Origin: Amphiscolops sp. MND2022
Taxonomy: Eukaryota
NCBI GenBank assembly: GCA_964187785.1
Contig: OZ076417.1
Location: 16,554,001 to 16,618,000 of the forward strand
Direction of reading: 5' to 3'
DNA length: 64,000 nucleotides
The notes beneath the pieces were generated by a model, which saw nothing but the letters and a program-made list of their open reading frames with translations, did not search any database and had not been told where the DNA came from. Shown here in pieces: positions 63,915 to 64,000 of the stretch (positions within the stretch are counted from its first letter, which is position 1; the number at the start of each line of letters is the position of its first letter). The translations under genes were made by a program, and so were the position numbers.

Positions 63915-64000
63915 GTGTAAATTACACTACGGGACTTATCCCTTGAAAGAAAAGTTTTTGGAGCCAATCTGCAAGTTCCTATTAAGTTAAAAGTTGGACT
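63915..64000 (+). repeat. Diverged direct copy of the integrase segment at about 61590-61680
   Basis: gtgtaaattacactacgggact..ccc.tgaaa...ttttgga.ccaa..tgcaagttcct occurs in both places. Confidence 0.75.

Overview
Eukaryotic, AT-rich, transposon-dense DNA. It is most likely from an invertebrate animal (spliceosomal introns, Ca-binding EGF exon); the repeat families remind me of acoel flatworm assemblies, but that is recollection only. No rRNA, tRNA or CRISPR array was seen. Main contents: (1) A minus-strand multi-exon host gene scattered over about 32 kb. Five symmetric phase-1 exons give novel N-terminal segments, tandem cbEGF repeats, a Cys-rich module and an F-type-lectin/discoidin-like half-domain; a first exon, a TM exon and a cytoplasmic-tail exon are more speculative. 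(2) A full-length but decayed 13.7 kb Maverick/Polinton (adintovirus-like) at 16837-30549 inside one intron of that gene. It has TIRs, a 6-bp AATACT target duplication, packaging ATPase, integrase, minor and major capsid, adenain protease, pPolB and unassigned ORFs. (3) A near full-length CR1/L2-like LINE plus LINE, BEL/Pao and Gypsy fragments in other introns. (4) A 12 kb rearranged tandem of one Gypsy family, with a shared LTR and a recent 2158-bp internal duplication. (5) A decayed Gypsy whose pol carries a TARG1/OARD1-type macrodomain between protease and RT. Almost all TE ORFs are broken by stops and frameshifts. Translations and alignments were done by eye, and TE boundaries without TIR/TSD support are approximate.
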